Shown: in pieces, positions 37,406 through 50,840 of the stretch
Position numbering within the stretch: the first letter of the stretch is position 1
How the letters are laid out: every line of letters starts with the position of its first letter
Source of the DNA: Octopus vulgaris
Lineage: Eukaryota
Assembly (NCBI GenBank): GCA_951406725.2
Contig: OX597817.1
Coordinates: forward strand, 169,074,001-169,138,000
Direction of reading: 5' to 3'
DNA: 64,000 nucleotides
Translations under genes and position numbers: made by a program
The notes under the pieces: generated by a model
Told to the model about the DNA's origin: nothing
The model's database searches: none
The model's input: the letters and a program-made list of their open reading frames with translations, nothing else

Positions 37406-38219
37406 GGTCTGATCAATAAATATCCGGACTGTTGCCACACAGAGTGAAGTCGCTTGACATAGATTGGCCTTGAGCTCTGCTGTGCATGCACACTAAGTTT
37501 TAATGTTCCAGCTCACTTTTGCTGTTTACAGCAGTGCTTGGAAGGAACATGTGTAGCGTGTGATTGTCGCATTGTCCATGACAAAGTTGAGTAGAGAATC
37601 TACATCAAATTTTGTCAAAAGCTTGGTAATACCTGCTCAGAGGCCTACACAAAGTTTGCAATGTTTTCAGCACAACCAAGGAGATCTTGTGCAACTGAAA
37701 CCCGAATGTCCTTCTTGGTCAGCTGAAAGCAGTTTTGGCAGAACCTTGACAGACACACATCTCATACCCAAATCTTCAGTGATAATGGACTGAACTGAAC
37801 TGTAACTAATCTGCACATCCTCTGATAACTCACGGATGGTGATTCGATGATTTTCCATCACAGCTGCACACACAAGTGCAATGTTTTCCTCAGTTCTGCT
37901 GATTGTGGGTCTCCCAGAATGTTCATCAACATTGACATTTTTTCAGCCATCTTGCAAACACTTGGACCACTCATACACTCCTCTCCATAGACTTTCTGCA
38001 ACTTTCATAGGCCTCTGAGCAGCTATCACCATAGCAACTTTCTTTGTTATAGACAATGTGACAATCACATGCTGCATACCTTCCTTCCAAGCACTGCTGT
38101 AATCTGCAGAAGTGAGCTAGAAACTTAATGCACATGCACAACAGAGTTCAAATGGCTTCACTCTGCATACTTTAGCTTCATTACTATGGCAAGAGTCCGA
38201 AAACTTATTGATGAGACCG
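37406..38219 (-). mobile_element. Internally deleted mariner derivative with long inverted arms
   Basis: TIR-like ggtctgatcaataaatatccggact / agtccgaaaacttattgatgagacc; HTH fragment ENHRITIRELSEDVQISYSSVQSIITEDLGMR. Confidence 0.8.
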
Positions 38220-38938
38220 CAAATATATATACACACACACACACACAAGTGGGTGGACAAACAAAAGAAAAAAGGCACTCATCACATTTAGTTAGGAGTT
38301 ACATAAAATTAAACTGATGTCTGTATATAATTGATATTTGAATTTTATACATGTAAGGGGATGAAAGGCAAAGTTAACACTGATGTGAATTACAAGTCAG
38401 AACATTTGAGCCTCCAACCAATATAAAGTGCAGATAGCTAAGCTTCCAACTGATATGGCCATCTCCACTGATCTTACAGTAATCAACACACAAAAAAAAA
38501 AATTATATTCTTTTAGGCCCAAATCAACCATGATTTGATAAACATTTAATCAAAGGCACTCCAGCTGTGACCATTTCATCTTTTAAGGGAACATCTAAGA
38601 ATATATTATCTAATGTGCCCTTAAGATAGTAGAGTCTTATTAAAGAGAAATTAGACTGCTATTTCTAGCAGGCTGAGGAACAGTGTAGAGGTTCTTTAAT
38701 GTGACTACTGATGTTTGATAGTAAGGAGAGTATCTTGTGTGTGGGAGGGTGGGGACTGTGCAGGGTTAAATCATGCTGTACAAGAGATTATGATGATTTG
38801 TAAAGATTTAATTATTGGTCGTCAAACTTATCTCCTAATTGGTAATTCTAACAGAGACTGAACTAAACACTGGAGTATAATTTCTAGAATTAAATGTTGA
38901 AGAAAGATCCAAATGGCCTATCTCAACTGCTGGCAATA

Positions 38939-39117
38939 TACAAGGGGGTACTGAAAAGTTGCTGGCTTTAAGGATATCCCTTCTGAGTTCTTTTACAAGG
39001 CCACTGCAAGAAGTGTGTGAATCTGAGAAGGGAATATGTTGAATAAAAGCATAATTAACTGATCCTCTTGTATTTTCTTTTACCCAAAGTCAGGAACCTT
39101 TCAGCAGTCCATTGTAT
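38939..39117. mobile_element. mariner-derived MITE
   Basis: tacaagggggtactgaaaagttg ... ggaacctttcagcagtccattgta. Confidence 0.68.
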
Positions 39118-39942
39118 AGTTTTGTCAATTTAGTTTGGGGTTGACTATGATAGGGAGGGACAAAGCCATATGTTTATAAGAGGTCCAGAAATTATGTAAA
39201 GAGTTAAGGTGTTGGACCTTTTGATAGTCACAAGTTAAAAGCCTTCTAGAAAAGTTAATATGCTATGTCCCTGAGAAAAGCACATAACTTCTGACTGGGC
39301 ATAAAACATAGGTTCTAATTCTATTTGTGACAGAAAGGACATCATCCAGCTGTGAGAATAGAAACAACTGTTGTAAGAAATAAATCACCTCATCCATGCA
39401 AGCAAAAAAAAAACTGAATGTAAAACAAAACAAAAATCAAAAATACACAAGTCCTATCTGAGCAATCAGACGATAGCAGCGTGAGTCCAATCTTTGACCA
39501 TCACAACTCATGACAAATTAATAACCATTTGTTATTTTTTCTTTTACATATTCCAATGGGATGCACTTAACATTTGATACTTTTCTTAAGGATATATTTC
39601 CATTTATTTTTTTCTTCTTGTGTGTGACTTTTTTTTTTAGAAATCAAAATAATTCAAAGTAAAATTATAACGCAACCCATAAGTTAGAAATTGCTGATTT
39701 ACAGGGATAGGATTAAGGTTAGAGGAGAAGAAGAGCAAGTAGAAGTTGAGTGATAGGTGTATAGCTGACTGAACATATTTAGTGTAGGAGAAGAAAGAGT
39801 AACAAAGAAAGTTCCTGAGAAAACCAGCCACAGAAAATTGCATTTTAGGAGCTTCATAATTTTTCTCTGAATTTAAAATATGTGAAAACAATAAGAGTTT
39901 TGGAAAAATCAAAATGAGGAATTTTTATTAAAAGAAACTTAC

Positions 39943-40039
39943 TTTTTTCTAAAATTTCTGTAATACCAGCATTATCTGCTTCCAGCTCCATCTTAAATTT
40001 TGATAATTCTTGATCTAATTTTCTTAAGTGCCTATCAAC
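39943..40039 (-). CDS. ING3: ING3 exon 5 (VDRHLRKLDQELSKFKMELEADNAGITEILEK)
   Basis: cattgtag|GTT...AAA A|gtaagt; 97 nt; very close to the ING3 consensus. Confidence 0.96.
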
Positions 40040-40767
40040 CTACAATGAAAAAAAGTATATATATAAGACAACTGCATGGAATCAATAATTTGGAAGAAAT
40101 ATCTTAGCTGAGGTTTAGTAACAGATTACTGACAACGGGATCGAAATTTTATATCTTATTACTGTTAGTAGATCGTGTACCAGAACAAGATACCTAACTC
40201 TGCTTATTCCAGTTTGCCTGATTGAAAAAGATTTTTTAGAAAAAAAAAAGAGAAAAAAAGTAAAACAGGTTCCATTCCCATGTCACAGTGCAAACAAATG
40301 GTTCAACGAATAAACCATCCAAATCATACAACTATGGGAAAACGTTGGAGAAAAAGGAAAGAAATTAGGGAAAAATCAACGTTTTTACAATTACATATTT
40401 TAGGGGTTCAGTTGCACTGCACACATCTTGGGTAAGTGTTTAGACCCAGGTTAACTAATACTTTGTGAGTGAATTTGGTAGACCGAAACAGTGTGGAAGC
40501 TTTGTGTGTATGTGTGTGTTTGCATGTTTCCCCACCACTACTGCTTGACAACTGGCAATTTGCTTATATGCCCGTAACTTAGTGGTTCAGCAAAAGAGAC
40601 TGAAAGAATAAGTATCATACTTAAAAATAACTACTGGGAGCAAGTTGTTCAGCTAAACCCGTCAAGGCAGTGTCCCAGCAAGGACACAGTCCAATGACTG
40701 TAACAAGTAAGAGGTAAAATGTCACCAATTCTAGTAAAAAGAAATAGATATTTACACCAAAATCAAT

Positions 40768-41252
40768 TCAATGACTGGCATCCATGCTAGCGGGATGCAA
40801 AGAGCACCATACGAGTGTGACCGTTGACAGAGTGGCTATTCGAGTATGATCATTACCAGTGTCGCCTTACTGGCACTTATGCTAGTAGGGTGCCAAGAGC
40901 ACCATCCGAGCATGATCGTTACCAGAGCGGCCAACTGGCTTCCGTACCCGTGGAACGTAAAAGGGCACCATTCGAGCGTGATCGTTACCAACGTCGCTTC
41001 ACTGGCATGTGTAAAAAGATTCGAGCGAGGTCATTGCCAGTACCGCCCGACTGGCCCCCGTGCCGGTGACGCGTAAAAAGCACCCACTACACTATCGGAG
41101 TGGTTGGCGTTAGGAAGGGCATCCAGCTGTAGAAACTCTGCCAGATCAAGATTGGAGCCTGGTGCAGCCATCTGGTTTGCCAGCCCTCAGTCAAAATCGT
41201 CCAACCCATGCTAGCATGGAAAGCGGACGTCAAACGATGATGATGATGATGA
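40768..41252 (+). mobile_element. Repeat family B variant
   Basis: Divergent internal units with the same tail. Confidence 0.8.
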
Positions 41253-41806
41253 CCAGCTTGGTGATGACATAGATAGAACACACCTTTACTACTTATACTG
41301 GCATCAAACTGAACTATGTTTACTAAGAACCTGACAGGTTGTTAGTGAAACATCATCTAGTTCACTGAGCCCAAACTGTCTGATTCAACAATAATTCCCA
41401 GAATACAGAAGCATCAGTTGGCATGAAAGGTGAAGCCATAGTCTTCAGATTTCCATAATGTTAGATATTTATATTGATAGATTTACATTGACAATTATAT
41501 TAGATATAGTGATAACAGTATTGAAGATTTATACAGGTAAACAGAGTGAAGATATATTTACTGACAATTATAGTATAGATGTATAATGACAATTACAATC
41601 AAAATTTATATTGATTATTACAAAGAAGGCTAATTAATATTGGTTTCAAATTTTGACACATGGTCAGCAATTTCAAGGAAGGGGAGAAGTCAATCATATC
41701 AATCCCAGTATTCCTCTGGTATTTATTTTATTAACTCAGAAAGGATGAAAGGCAAAGTCAACCTTGATGGAATTTGAACTCAGAACATAGAGATGGACAA
41801 AATGCT

Positions 41807-42173
41807 TACCCTTTTACTTGTTTCAGTCATTTGACTGCGGCCATGCTGGAGCACTGCCTTTAGTTGAGCAAATCGACCCCAGGACTTATTCTTTGTAAGC
41901 CTAGTATTTATTCTATCGGTCCCTTTTGCTGAACCGCTAAGTTACGGAGACGTAAACACACCAGCATCAGTTGTCAAGCGATGTTGGGGGGACAAACACA
42001 GACACAGGAACACACACACATACTCATATATACTCATATATGGGCTTCTTTCAGTTTCCATCTACCAAATCAACTCACAAGGCTCTGGTCGGCCCAAGGT
42101 GCACACAGTGGGACTGAACCCGGAACCATGTGGTTGGTAAGCAAGCTACTTACCACACAGCCACTCCTGCGCC
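41807..42173 (-). mobile_element. SINE family A inserted into an older family C copy (41640-42218)
   Basis: Family A sequence; family C sequence resumes on both sides. Confidence 0.82.
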
Positions 42174-42349
42174 TTAGCAGCATTTTGTCCGGCATGCTAA
42201 CAATTCTGGGAGCTTGCCATCTTAATGAAGCTAATATTGATAATCACAGTGAAGAAGTTAAGCTGTGATGGTGAATGGATAATAGGCATAAATATACAGG
42301 AGTTTTAAGTACATATACAACAAACCTCATCCTTAGCCTGTCAAATATA

Positions 42350-42577
42350 TATTTCTTTACTACCCACAAGGGGCTAAACATAGAGGGGACAAACAAGGAC
42401 AGACAAAGGCATTAAGTCGATTACATCGACCCCAGTGCATAACTGGTACTTAATCTATCGACCACGGAAGGATGAAAGGCAAAGTCGACCTCGGCGGAAT
42501 TTGAACTCGGAACGTAGCGGCAGACGAAATACGGCAACCCATTTCGCCCGGCGTGCTAACGTTTCTGCCAGCTCGCC
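42350..42577 (-). mobile_element. SINE family C monomer
   Basis: Same sequence as the array unit plus head; TSD gcctgtcaaatata. Confidence 0.88.
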
Positions 42578-42747
42578 TGTCAAATATAGTAAACCTATTG
42601 TATCTGGTTGATATTTTCCTAAATTTTCTTATATAAATACACAATATTTTTGATTGCAAGTACTTTTGCAGTGTTACCTTTATGACATTTTCAAATATAA
42701 ACTATAGGCAAACAGAAAAATGAAACATAAAAATTGTATGCTTAAAG

Positions 42748-43247
42748 ATCATCATTCATCATCATCATTCATTTAGCGTCCGTTTTCCATGCTAGCATGG
42801 GTTGGACGGTTCAACTGGGGTCTGGGGAGCCCGAAGGCTGCACCAGGCCAGTCAGATCTGGCAGTGTTTCTACAGCTGTATGCCCTTCCTAACGCCAACC
42901 ACTCCGAGAGTGTAGTGGGTGATTTTATGTGCCACCGACACAGGTGCCAGACGTCGACGCTTGGATGGTGTTTTTTATGTGCCACCGACACAGGTGCCAG
43001 ACGAGGCTGGCAGACGGCCACGCTCGGATGGTGTTTTTATGTGCCACCGACACAGGTGCCAGATGAGGCTGGCGAACGGCCACGATCGGATGATGTTTGT
43101 TACGTGCCCGCAGCACGGAGGCCAGTCGATGCGGTACTGGCTACAGCCACGTTCGGATGGTTTTCTTGTGTGCCACCGGCACTGGTACCACAAAGATACA
43201 AATTCCATTGATGTTCATCTATTTTGATTTGTTTTGATTGATTTTCT
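42748..43247 (-). mobile_element. Repeat family B (inverted)
   Basis: (ATC)n at the left end; reverse-complement units. Confidence 0.85.
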
Positions 43248-43602
43248 CAGCAGAGTCTGCTGAAATGAATTGATAGATCCACATATAACATCCCAATGAA
43301 CATCGTTTTTTTCTCTCTCTGGTAAATGCAAATTTAATAAACAAATTTGTAATTAAACTATTGAGTATCATTGAAAAGTCTGTAAGAAGCGAAGATGACC
43401 AATTTGTTAATAATAAATAATTGTTAACTTCCTTATTTCCATTTCCTTTTCTTCTTTTAACTGGATATAAACTATATGCTTAATATATACCTATTGGGAA
43501 TTTTAAAGGAATTTCATTCCTCAACAATACTAGGTATTGAACAAGTATTTCCTTGGATGCAACCATCCCTTCACGAGGTTAACATATCCTCCAATTAAAT
43601 TT

Positions 43603-43911
43603 TATGCACCAATCCGACCGTGGCCGAAGCCAGTGCCGCCTCGACTGGCTTCCATGTCGGTAGCACGTAAAATGCACCAATCCGACCGTGGCCGATGCCA
43701 GCCTCGCCTGGCTCCAGTGCAGGTGGCATGTTAAAAAGCACCCACTACACTCACGGAGTGGTTGGCGTTAGGAAGGGCATCCAGCTGTAGAAACAATGCC
43801 AGATAAGACCGGAGCCTGGTGCAGCCTTCTGGCTTCCCAGATCCCCGGTCGAACTGTCCAACCCATGCTAGCATGGAGAACGGACGTTAAACGATGATGA
43901 TGATGATGATG
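43603..43911 (+). mobile_element. Repeat family B
   Basis: Close match to 18637-18968. Confidence 0.85.
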
Positions 43912-44053
43912 AATAAGTAAATTAATGTTTGAAATACAACTCATTCTTTAACTAAAATAACTAAAATAGTTTGGCAAACTGTTGTAGGGAAGATAATGTC
44001 CATGGTTACAAGTAAGGGAGGTAATTACAATTAGACTGAAAAAATTCACTTAC

Positions 44054-44119
44054 TAAGTCATGTATATGGTTTGCTAAATGAACTTTTTCATCTGCATCAT
44101 CAAGTACTTTAAAGTAACC
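44054..44119 (-). CDS. ING3: ING3 exon 4 (GYFKVLDDADEKVHLANHIHDL)
   Basis: ttttcag|GGT...TTA|gtaagt; 66 nt; DEKV-LA motif of the ING domain. Confidence 0.94.
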
Positions 44120-44460
44120 CTGAAAATAAAAAGTGACATAATATAATATAGATACAGTAAGAAAATGAAGATGATTTAGTAACTGAACATTACAAAATCC
44201 ATATAAAAGACAAAAACGACAAGCTGTCATGGTTAAAGTTGAAATGGAGAGTACCAGGGCAGATGAAGATTGATAGAGGCCTGAAAAGAGAGAGTCGGGT
44301 CAAAAAGTATCAGAGATAATGTAACAAGGAATAATTACAAGTGTCAGTATGCCATACAGCAGACCTGTTAAACACAGGTTGGTATAGAAAAAGGGCACTA
44401 AAATAAAGACAGTGGCAATGATGAAAATTCAAATACAAAAATATAGTTATACATTATATG

Positions 44461-44770
44461 TTAGTTAGTTAGTTAATTTGGCTCAAAAGCAAATAGCAAG
44501 GCCATGTAGGGGGACATGGAGTTATGTACAGGGTGGTGTTCATGTAAAGAGTTCAGGCCACTTGAGGTCAAGGGAGGCTTTGAACAAAGCGGTCGTCAGC
44601 ATCTTCACCATCTCGTCTGGCAGTTTGTTCCACGGATCCGCAACCCGGACGGAGAAAGCTCCTCTCCTTCGATTGAGATGAAATCGTCGCAGGTAGAGCT
44701 TTTCGGAATGACCCCGCAGCCGTATAGAATATGTATTTGTACAGACAGGACAGAAGTAAACAGACACTCT
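44461..44770 (-). mobile_element. CR1-type LINE 3' fragment (different family)
   Basis: LRGHSEKL...FSVRVADPWNKLP; (TAAC)n tail. Confidence 0.8.
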
Positions 44771-45020
44771 TATAATCGTTAAAATTTATTTAAATCTGAA
44801 ATTATACATTCAAATTATTTATTAAGTATTATAATGTGAATATCTGATATTTAGTAGACATGCCCTTTGCATTTTTCAATGCAAGGACCCTATTAGGCAT
44901 GCTACTGATCAGATGACAAATATTCTCGAGGAATTTCTTGCCAGGTTTCATGCAGTAATCTCAAAAGATCTCGTTTGGGGGATGCTTTATCGTTCTCTTT
45001 ACAAAGTGTCCATTATGCCT

Positions 45021-45127
45021 CAGTTCAATAGGATACATTTCAATAGGATACAGTTCAATAGGATACAGTTCAATAGGATACAGTTCAATAGGATACAGTT
45101 CAATAGGATACTTGTTCAATAGGATAC
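45021..45127. repeat. 15-bp minisatellite (cagttcaataggata) x7
   Basis: Direct tandem copies. Confidence 0.92.
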
Positions 45128-45129
45128 AT

Positions 45130-45890
45130 ATCTGGTGACTGGCTTGGCCGTGGAAGCTTTTTAATATAATTCTGATCCAACCAGTCTTGAGTCTTTTTAA
45201 CTATGTGACAAGGAGCCCCATCTTCCATAAATAGTCTTCTTTAAACATTTCACCACTGGAGAAGATTGGAAGGAGTCCTATACATGGAAATATGTTTATC
45301 TGAGTTTATGTTCCCCTCACACTCCACCAGCTCTGGTCAACCATTGCTCCAAATTGCTCCCCAGACCATTACAGAGTAGCTGCTGTGTTTTATTGTTGGC
45401 TACAATCTTTTCATGTCAAATTCTTGATCACAGAGTCTCCAGACCCACACTTGACCACTGTTAGAAAATACAGCAAATCTGGACTCATCAGAGAATATGA
45501 CAGTGTCCCAAAATGCTAGTGACCTCTCCACCATCTCAATGGTACTGCCTTTTCTCTGCTTGATATTGGCTGGTCAAAGAAGTCGCTTCCTTCTTGCTAC
45601 TCTGTCATAGGAGCCAAGTTTGTGGAGATACCTAATGGCTGTTCTGGGACTGACATCAACTTGTTCTGTTATGTCAGAGGCCTTGCAATGAGGATTATCC
45701 TCTACACTTCTCTTAACAAAGTGAAAGGTCGAATCAGAGGGCTCTGGTCGACCAGGATGAGGTGATGTTGACTCCTTCCACTTCCTGGTGAATTGCACAA
45801 TCACTCTATCAACTATGGAAAGAGAGATCCAGAGAAGGCTGGGAATGAAGGACACCACCTGTATGACAGTGATGCTCATTTAAAACTATG
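45130..45890 (-). mobile_element. Decayed Tc1-like transposase relic
   Basis: GRP...VSPRTAIRYLHKLG...ARRKRLL and WDTVIFSDESRF motifs. Confidence 0.72.
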
Positions 45891-46099
45891 GCATGGTGTC
45901 AAAAGACAAAAACACAAACACATGGCAGGCTTCTTTCAGTTTCTATCAACTAAATACACTTACAAGGGTTTGGTTGACACAAGGTTTTAATAGAAGACAT
46001 TTGCCAATGAAGCTGAAGCAGAAACCATGTGTCTGGGACACAAACTTTTTAGCCACACAGCCACACCTGTACTGTATATATAATGATGTATATAACATT

Positions 46100-46131
<32 letters not shown>

Positions 46132-46229
46132 AATATAGACGGACACTGTCACATTTTGTCTCAGAGAAACTTCTCGGAAGAGATTTTGTGTTACAACACA
46201 GAGCTTGTTATGAATAATATCAGCAGACC

Positions 46230-46272
46230 ATCAGACACCAGTGTTACAGCTTCATTTTGCCTCCTCAGTGAC
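46230..46272 (-). ncRNA. Minimal type I hammerhead ribozyme relic (copy 1)
   Basis: gtca-CTGAGGA-ggc aaaatgaa gct-GTAA-cac tg gtg-TC-tgat; one core change (GAAA>GTAA). Confidence 0.62.
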
Positions 46273-46554
46273 AAATACACCCAGACATTCTGCACTAAGT
46301 TGACAGTTTAGTCCCAATATAGAAATCAATAAACAAGATATTTATTGATTGGTACAAAAGCTGGCCAAGTTAAATTAAATTAATACAAGCATCTAAAATA
46401 GTATTGGATTAACAAATGATGAATATAGCATTTGTAATAAAAACAAATGTAAAATAGTGCAGCTATAGTTGTAATATTTTATCTCAGAGAAGCTTCTATT
46501 AAGAGACATTTGTATGTCAAAAACAGAGCTCACTAAGAACAATGTGAACAGATA

Positions 46555-46597
46555 ATCAGACACTGGTGTTTCAGCTTGATTTGGCCTCCTTGATGAT
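46555..46597 (-). ncRNA. Minimal type I hammerhead ribozyme relic (copy 2)
   Basis: atca-TCAAGGA-ggc caaatcaa gct-GAAA-cac ca gtg-TC-tgat; CUGA box decayed. Confidence 0.55.
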
Positions 46598-46697
46598 GAG
46601 TACCTTTGGACATTTTAAGTCTTTAACACAGAAATCAGTCAACAAAGCATTTGCCAATTTCTATATTGCAATGAAAGTTTTGATTAAGCTCAGCTTT

Positions 46698-47951
46698 TGT
46701 AGTATCAAGAAGTTCTCGGACTGGCTCTGTAGCACGCCAACAGATGCCAGCATATAGTTGTGTGTGCAGTGAGAGCCAGCAGTGACCTTCATGAGGCAGT
46801 GTGCTGAGTGACATCACTGTTTTTACTCCACAAGTTATTAAATTTGTGTTTTTATGACCATATGTATGCTGTAGCCTGCCATTTTGTCATGGACAGGAAG
46901 TTGGAACAAAGAATCAACGTGAAATTTTACGTTAAAGTTGGGAAGTCTGCGGCAGAGACATTGAGCATGCTTCAACAAGCTTATGGCAACAAAGCAAGGG
47001 GTCATACTCAATGTTTCAAGTAGCACAGTCACTTCAAAAGCGAAAGACCATCCTTGGAAGATGATAAGTGATCTGGAAGACCTGAAACAAGTGTCACCTC
47101 CAGAAATGTGGGGAAAATTCATCAGCTTGTGAATGAAGATAGTTGGAAGACAATCAATGACATTGCTGACGTTGTTGGTCTGTTGTATATATCTGTGCAG
47201 GCAATCCTAATGTCTTAATTGAACATGCAGCCTATCTCTGCCAAGTTTCTCCCCCACCTGCTGACCACTGAGCAGAAAGAACAATACAAGATCTTCATCA
47301 GTGTGCCACTGATGACTCATCTTTCATGTCAAGGATCATCACTGGTGATGAGAGTTAGGTCTACAGATACAACCCTGAGATGAAGCAGCAGTCATCACAT
47401 TGGAAGAGGCTTTTACCGCCATGACCGAAGAAGGCTCAACAAAGCCACAGCTCAATCAACAGCATGCTCATCGGTTTGTTTTTGACATTCGCATTGTGCG
47501 TCGAGAATTTGACCCCTGGGGTCAAATCAATCAAGTTCTATTGCAATGTCTTGAAGTGTTTGAGGAAGGACATTTGGCGAAAGCGACCAGATCTGTGGAG
47601 CACAGAGAATTGGGTTATTCTTCGCAACAATAAACCCTGTCACCCAAATCTCCTCACTTGTGAATTTCTTGCCAAAAACAACATGCTATTGCTTCTGCAC
47701 CCAACCTATTCGCCGGAAGTCCATCTCTTCCTCAAGATGAAAATGCAGCTCAAACGTTGCTGTTTCAACACTGTTGTTGAGATCCTGAATGAATCGCAGA
47801 AGATCCTCTACTCACGGTAAACACCTTCCAGGCCAGACTCCAAAAATGGCAAGAACACTGGGACAATTTCAAAGAAGATGATGTTAAAACTTAGGTAAGT
47901 TATTTTTTACTAAACATAACTAGTCCAGGAACTTTTTTATACTACATCGTA
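46698..47951 (+). mobile_element. Near-full-length degenerate mariner element
   Basis: TIR-like tgtagtatcaagaagttctcggact / agtccaggaactttttatactaca; EQRINVKFYVKVGKS, SGRP, ITGDE, HPTYSP motifs; many stops. Confidence 0.88.
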
Positions 47952-48001
47952 TACATCATTACCTTAATCTAATGTTATTCCAGGTGCTTGCACATATTTA
48001 A

Positions 48002-48427
48002 TTAACCCTTTTGATACCAACCAGCCTGAAACTACCCTTGGTTCTAGGTGTTTTAAAGTGACCTAAATTATAACCTTCCATTAAAATTATATTCCAAACA
48101 CCAGCTTAACCCTTTAGCATTTAAACCGGCCATATCCGGCCAAAAGTATTCTACCTGTTTTATGTTCAGACTGGCCATATCTGGTCTCTCACATCAACCC
48201 TACAATATCATTTTAAAAATTAACAGCTACCTCATCAAAATCTCATTGCTACAAGATAATGCCTGATTAGTTCAAGGCAGTGTGGATAAAAAAGGATTAA
48301 TTTTGGCAGAATAATGCGAACACTAAAGGGTTAATAACAACGAAGCTATTTTACTAAATTCTTCATTATTTAAAGAATTATTCAAGAGTAATGTATTTCA
48401 ACAGAAATACACTAACAAAATGGTTAA
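48002..48427. mobile_element. piggyBac-type MITE family 1 with a family 2 MITE nested at a TTAA (48106-48334)
   Basis: Two nested TTAA|ccctt...gg|TTAA pairs. Confidence 0.78.
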
Positions 48428-50840
48428 TCAACAGTAACTTTGGAGTCTCTTCTTTACCTATGATCACTCCATCACCACAACTTCATAAATACTTCCTCTC
48501 GTTTTTATACTATGATTGCAATGAGTCAGACTAGCTTCTATTGTATTACAATAGTCGCTGTGATATCTTCATTCTTTCCATATGGATCAGACTTCTTTCA
48601 ACAATATATTTTAATTCAATAAGTCTAAGCTGTCTTAGATCATTTGTGGAGGTGGATGGCTTAGTGGTTAAGGTGTTGGACTGTTGACCGTAAGATTGTG
48701 GTTTCCATTCCTGAATCGAGTGATGTTTTGTGTTCTTGAGCAAAACAGTTCATCTCACATTGTTCCAGTCCACTCAGCTGGCAAAAAGGAGTGATTCTAC
48801 AATAAACCAGGGAGGAATATATACATTGGAATATATACATCAGAGAAGCCAGCCCTATGCTACTCACAGAGTAATGCAGATTAACCACCCTTAGATCAAT
48901 TCACTCGTTATTTGATTTAACCTGATGCCACACCTAATATTGGCAGTGATGGCCACATCATAGTTGTAATCATCATCACTCACTATATCATTGTAGCTAT
49001 CTATCCAGCTATGTTCAGTAGACGTCACATGATAATATACTATTATATAGCTTTTTGATGTTTACCTTCAGCTAAAATGTTCAACTTCCATAACCAAGCA
49101 ATAAACAGTACAAACTCATATTTATTGCATATAACTACCTGCAACTTTGCAACAAAGGTATATCAAAATGCAACTATGCAGGAAATAGAAAATCATTATA
49201 TTCCACAGTACTTCCAAGATTTAGTTTTTCCAATACTTTTACAAAAACATGTAGATCCTAACTTCTCGATGCAGAGAGTTGAATCAGTAGATAAAAATAC
49301 AATGATAAAAAGTAAACCCTTTTGATACTAGGCTCTACAGAGTGTAAGGGTTTCAAAGAGTTCAGTGTGTATTTGTTCACTGCATTAGAATAAGCATAGG
49401 GAACAATGGATTACATCTGGGTTGCTGAAGGGGAGGTTATCTTTGAGCTTTGTAGCATACTAACAGTTTTGTGGTATCTGAAATCAACGCTGCAGGAGTA
49501 TCTTAAGAAGCCAATCCAACAATGAAGCTGTATGTTGTTTACATAGGCTAGAGATGGTTGAGTACCATTTGCAAATGTTTAACTGTTAGTAGAATTTTAA
49601 ATGTTTGCCACTGATGGTAGTATGGACGTTGTCAACATTTCAGTACTTGGTTGGTTATATTTCAATTGTTTATGGTATACACAACCAGCAGTTTGATTAA
49701 AGTTGTTTAGCGAAGATTTATTACTATTTACTCTGTAAAATCTTTACTGTTTTGGTGGGGCTTGTATTATTAGGACATCAACCAAACTTATCTTTTCTAT
49801 CAACAGAAATCACTCTTCTTTAGGGTTAGATTTTAAACTGTTGCCAACTTCTGACAGGTAATTTTTCTTTCTCTAGAAAGTTCTATTTCAACCAAGCCAA
49901 AATCCTTGTTACACACATGTAACTTCAAATAGAAATGCAAACTACAAAAAGTGAGGCATCAACTTTCCCAGATGGGGCCATGTTCTTTGCACTTGCTGTA
50001 AAACAGAGAACAAGTACACACTAAACTCATTAGATTCCTGACTCTACCAACTGGTATCATAAGCAATTGGATGAATTGACAGAGATAAGGTGAACTAGCA
50101 TCAGACAAAATGTTTTGAGGTATTTATTTCAATTTCTTTCTAAGCCAACTTTGCCTTCCATTCTTTTGTGGGTTGATGAAAAAGTACCAATGCAAAGCAG
50201 TAGATGATGAAACTTGAAGGACAGGCATTTGTACAAACTCATGTTTTGAGTTCAAATCCTGCCATAGCTTGCTTGGGAAGTATACTTAACCTATCACTTG
50301 GTTGAACATCACCACCTGGCATTCTGTATACTTTTAGTGAAGCCTACTCTGTTGCAAGCAATGGGATATGGTTAATAGTATGAGGATAGCTTCTGCTCTC
50401 CCTTCCACCAGTTCTGAACGCTCTCCAATTGGTCATGGACACTACCTTCCCTCCTATCTTCCCATTTCAATAATGATGACACTGACAAATCAAAATCAAG
50501 AAGCATTCAGAAAGATTACTACTTTAAAGACCATGTGAATGTTACAAATTACAACTACTGGTCCAGATGCATTATGATATACCTTGGTTAGAGTTATTTA
50601 AGATAGTTATGAACATACTCTTATCGTTTGGCTGCTGAAGTTGTACATTTTAGCTGAATAAATTGTCATAACAAGAAACAGTAACTAAAAATCATTGTAT
50701 TTGGTTAAAACATTCAATTTCAGTAATAAAAAAGTGTAGAGGTTAGATTTTAGCATAAATGGCTGGCAACAAGTCTTCAACTAAGGTATATTATAATGCA
50801 GCTTGACAGGAAGTAACAATTAACATTAAATAGTACTTAC

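Noticed and set aside
44913-45122. ORF with QFNRI pentapeptide repeats
   Set aside because: Product of the 15-bp minisatellite; no splice or homology support.
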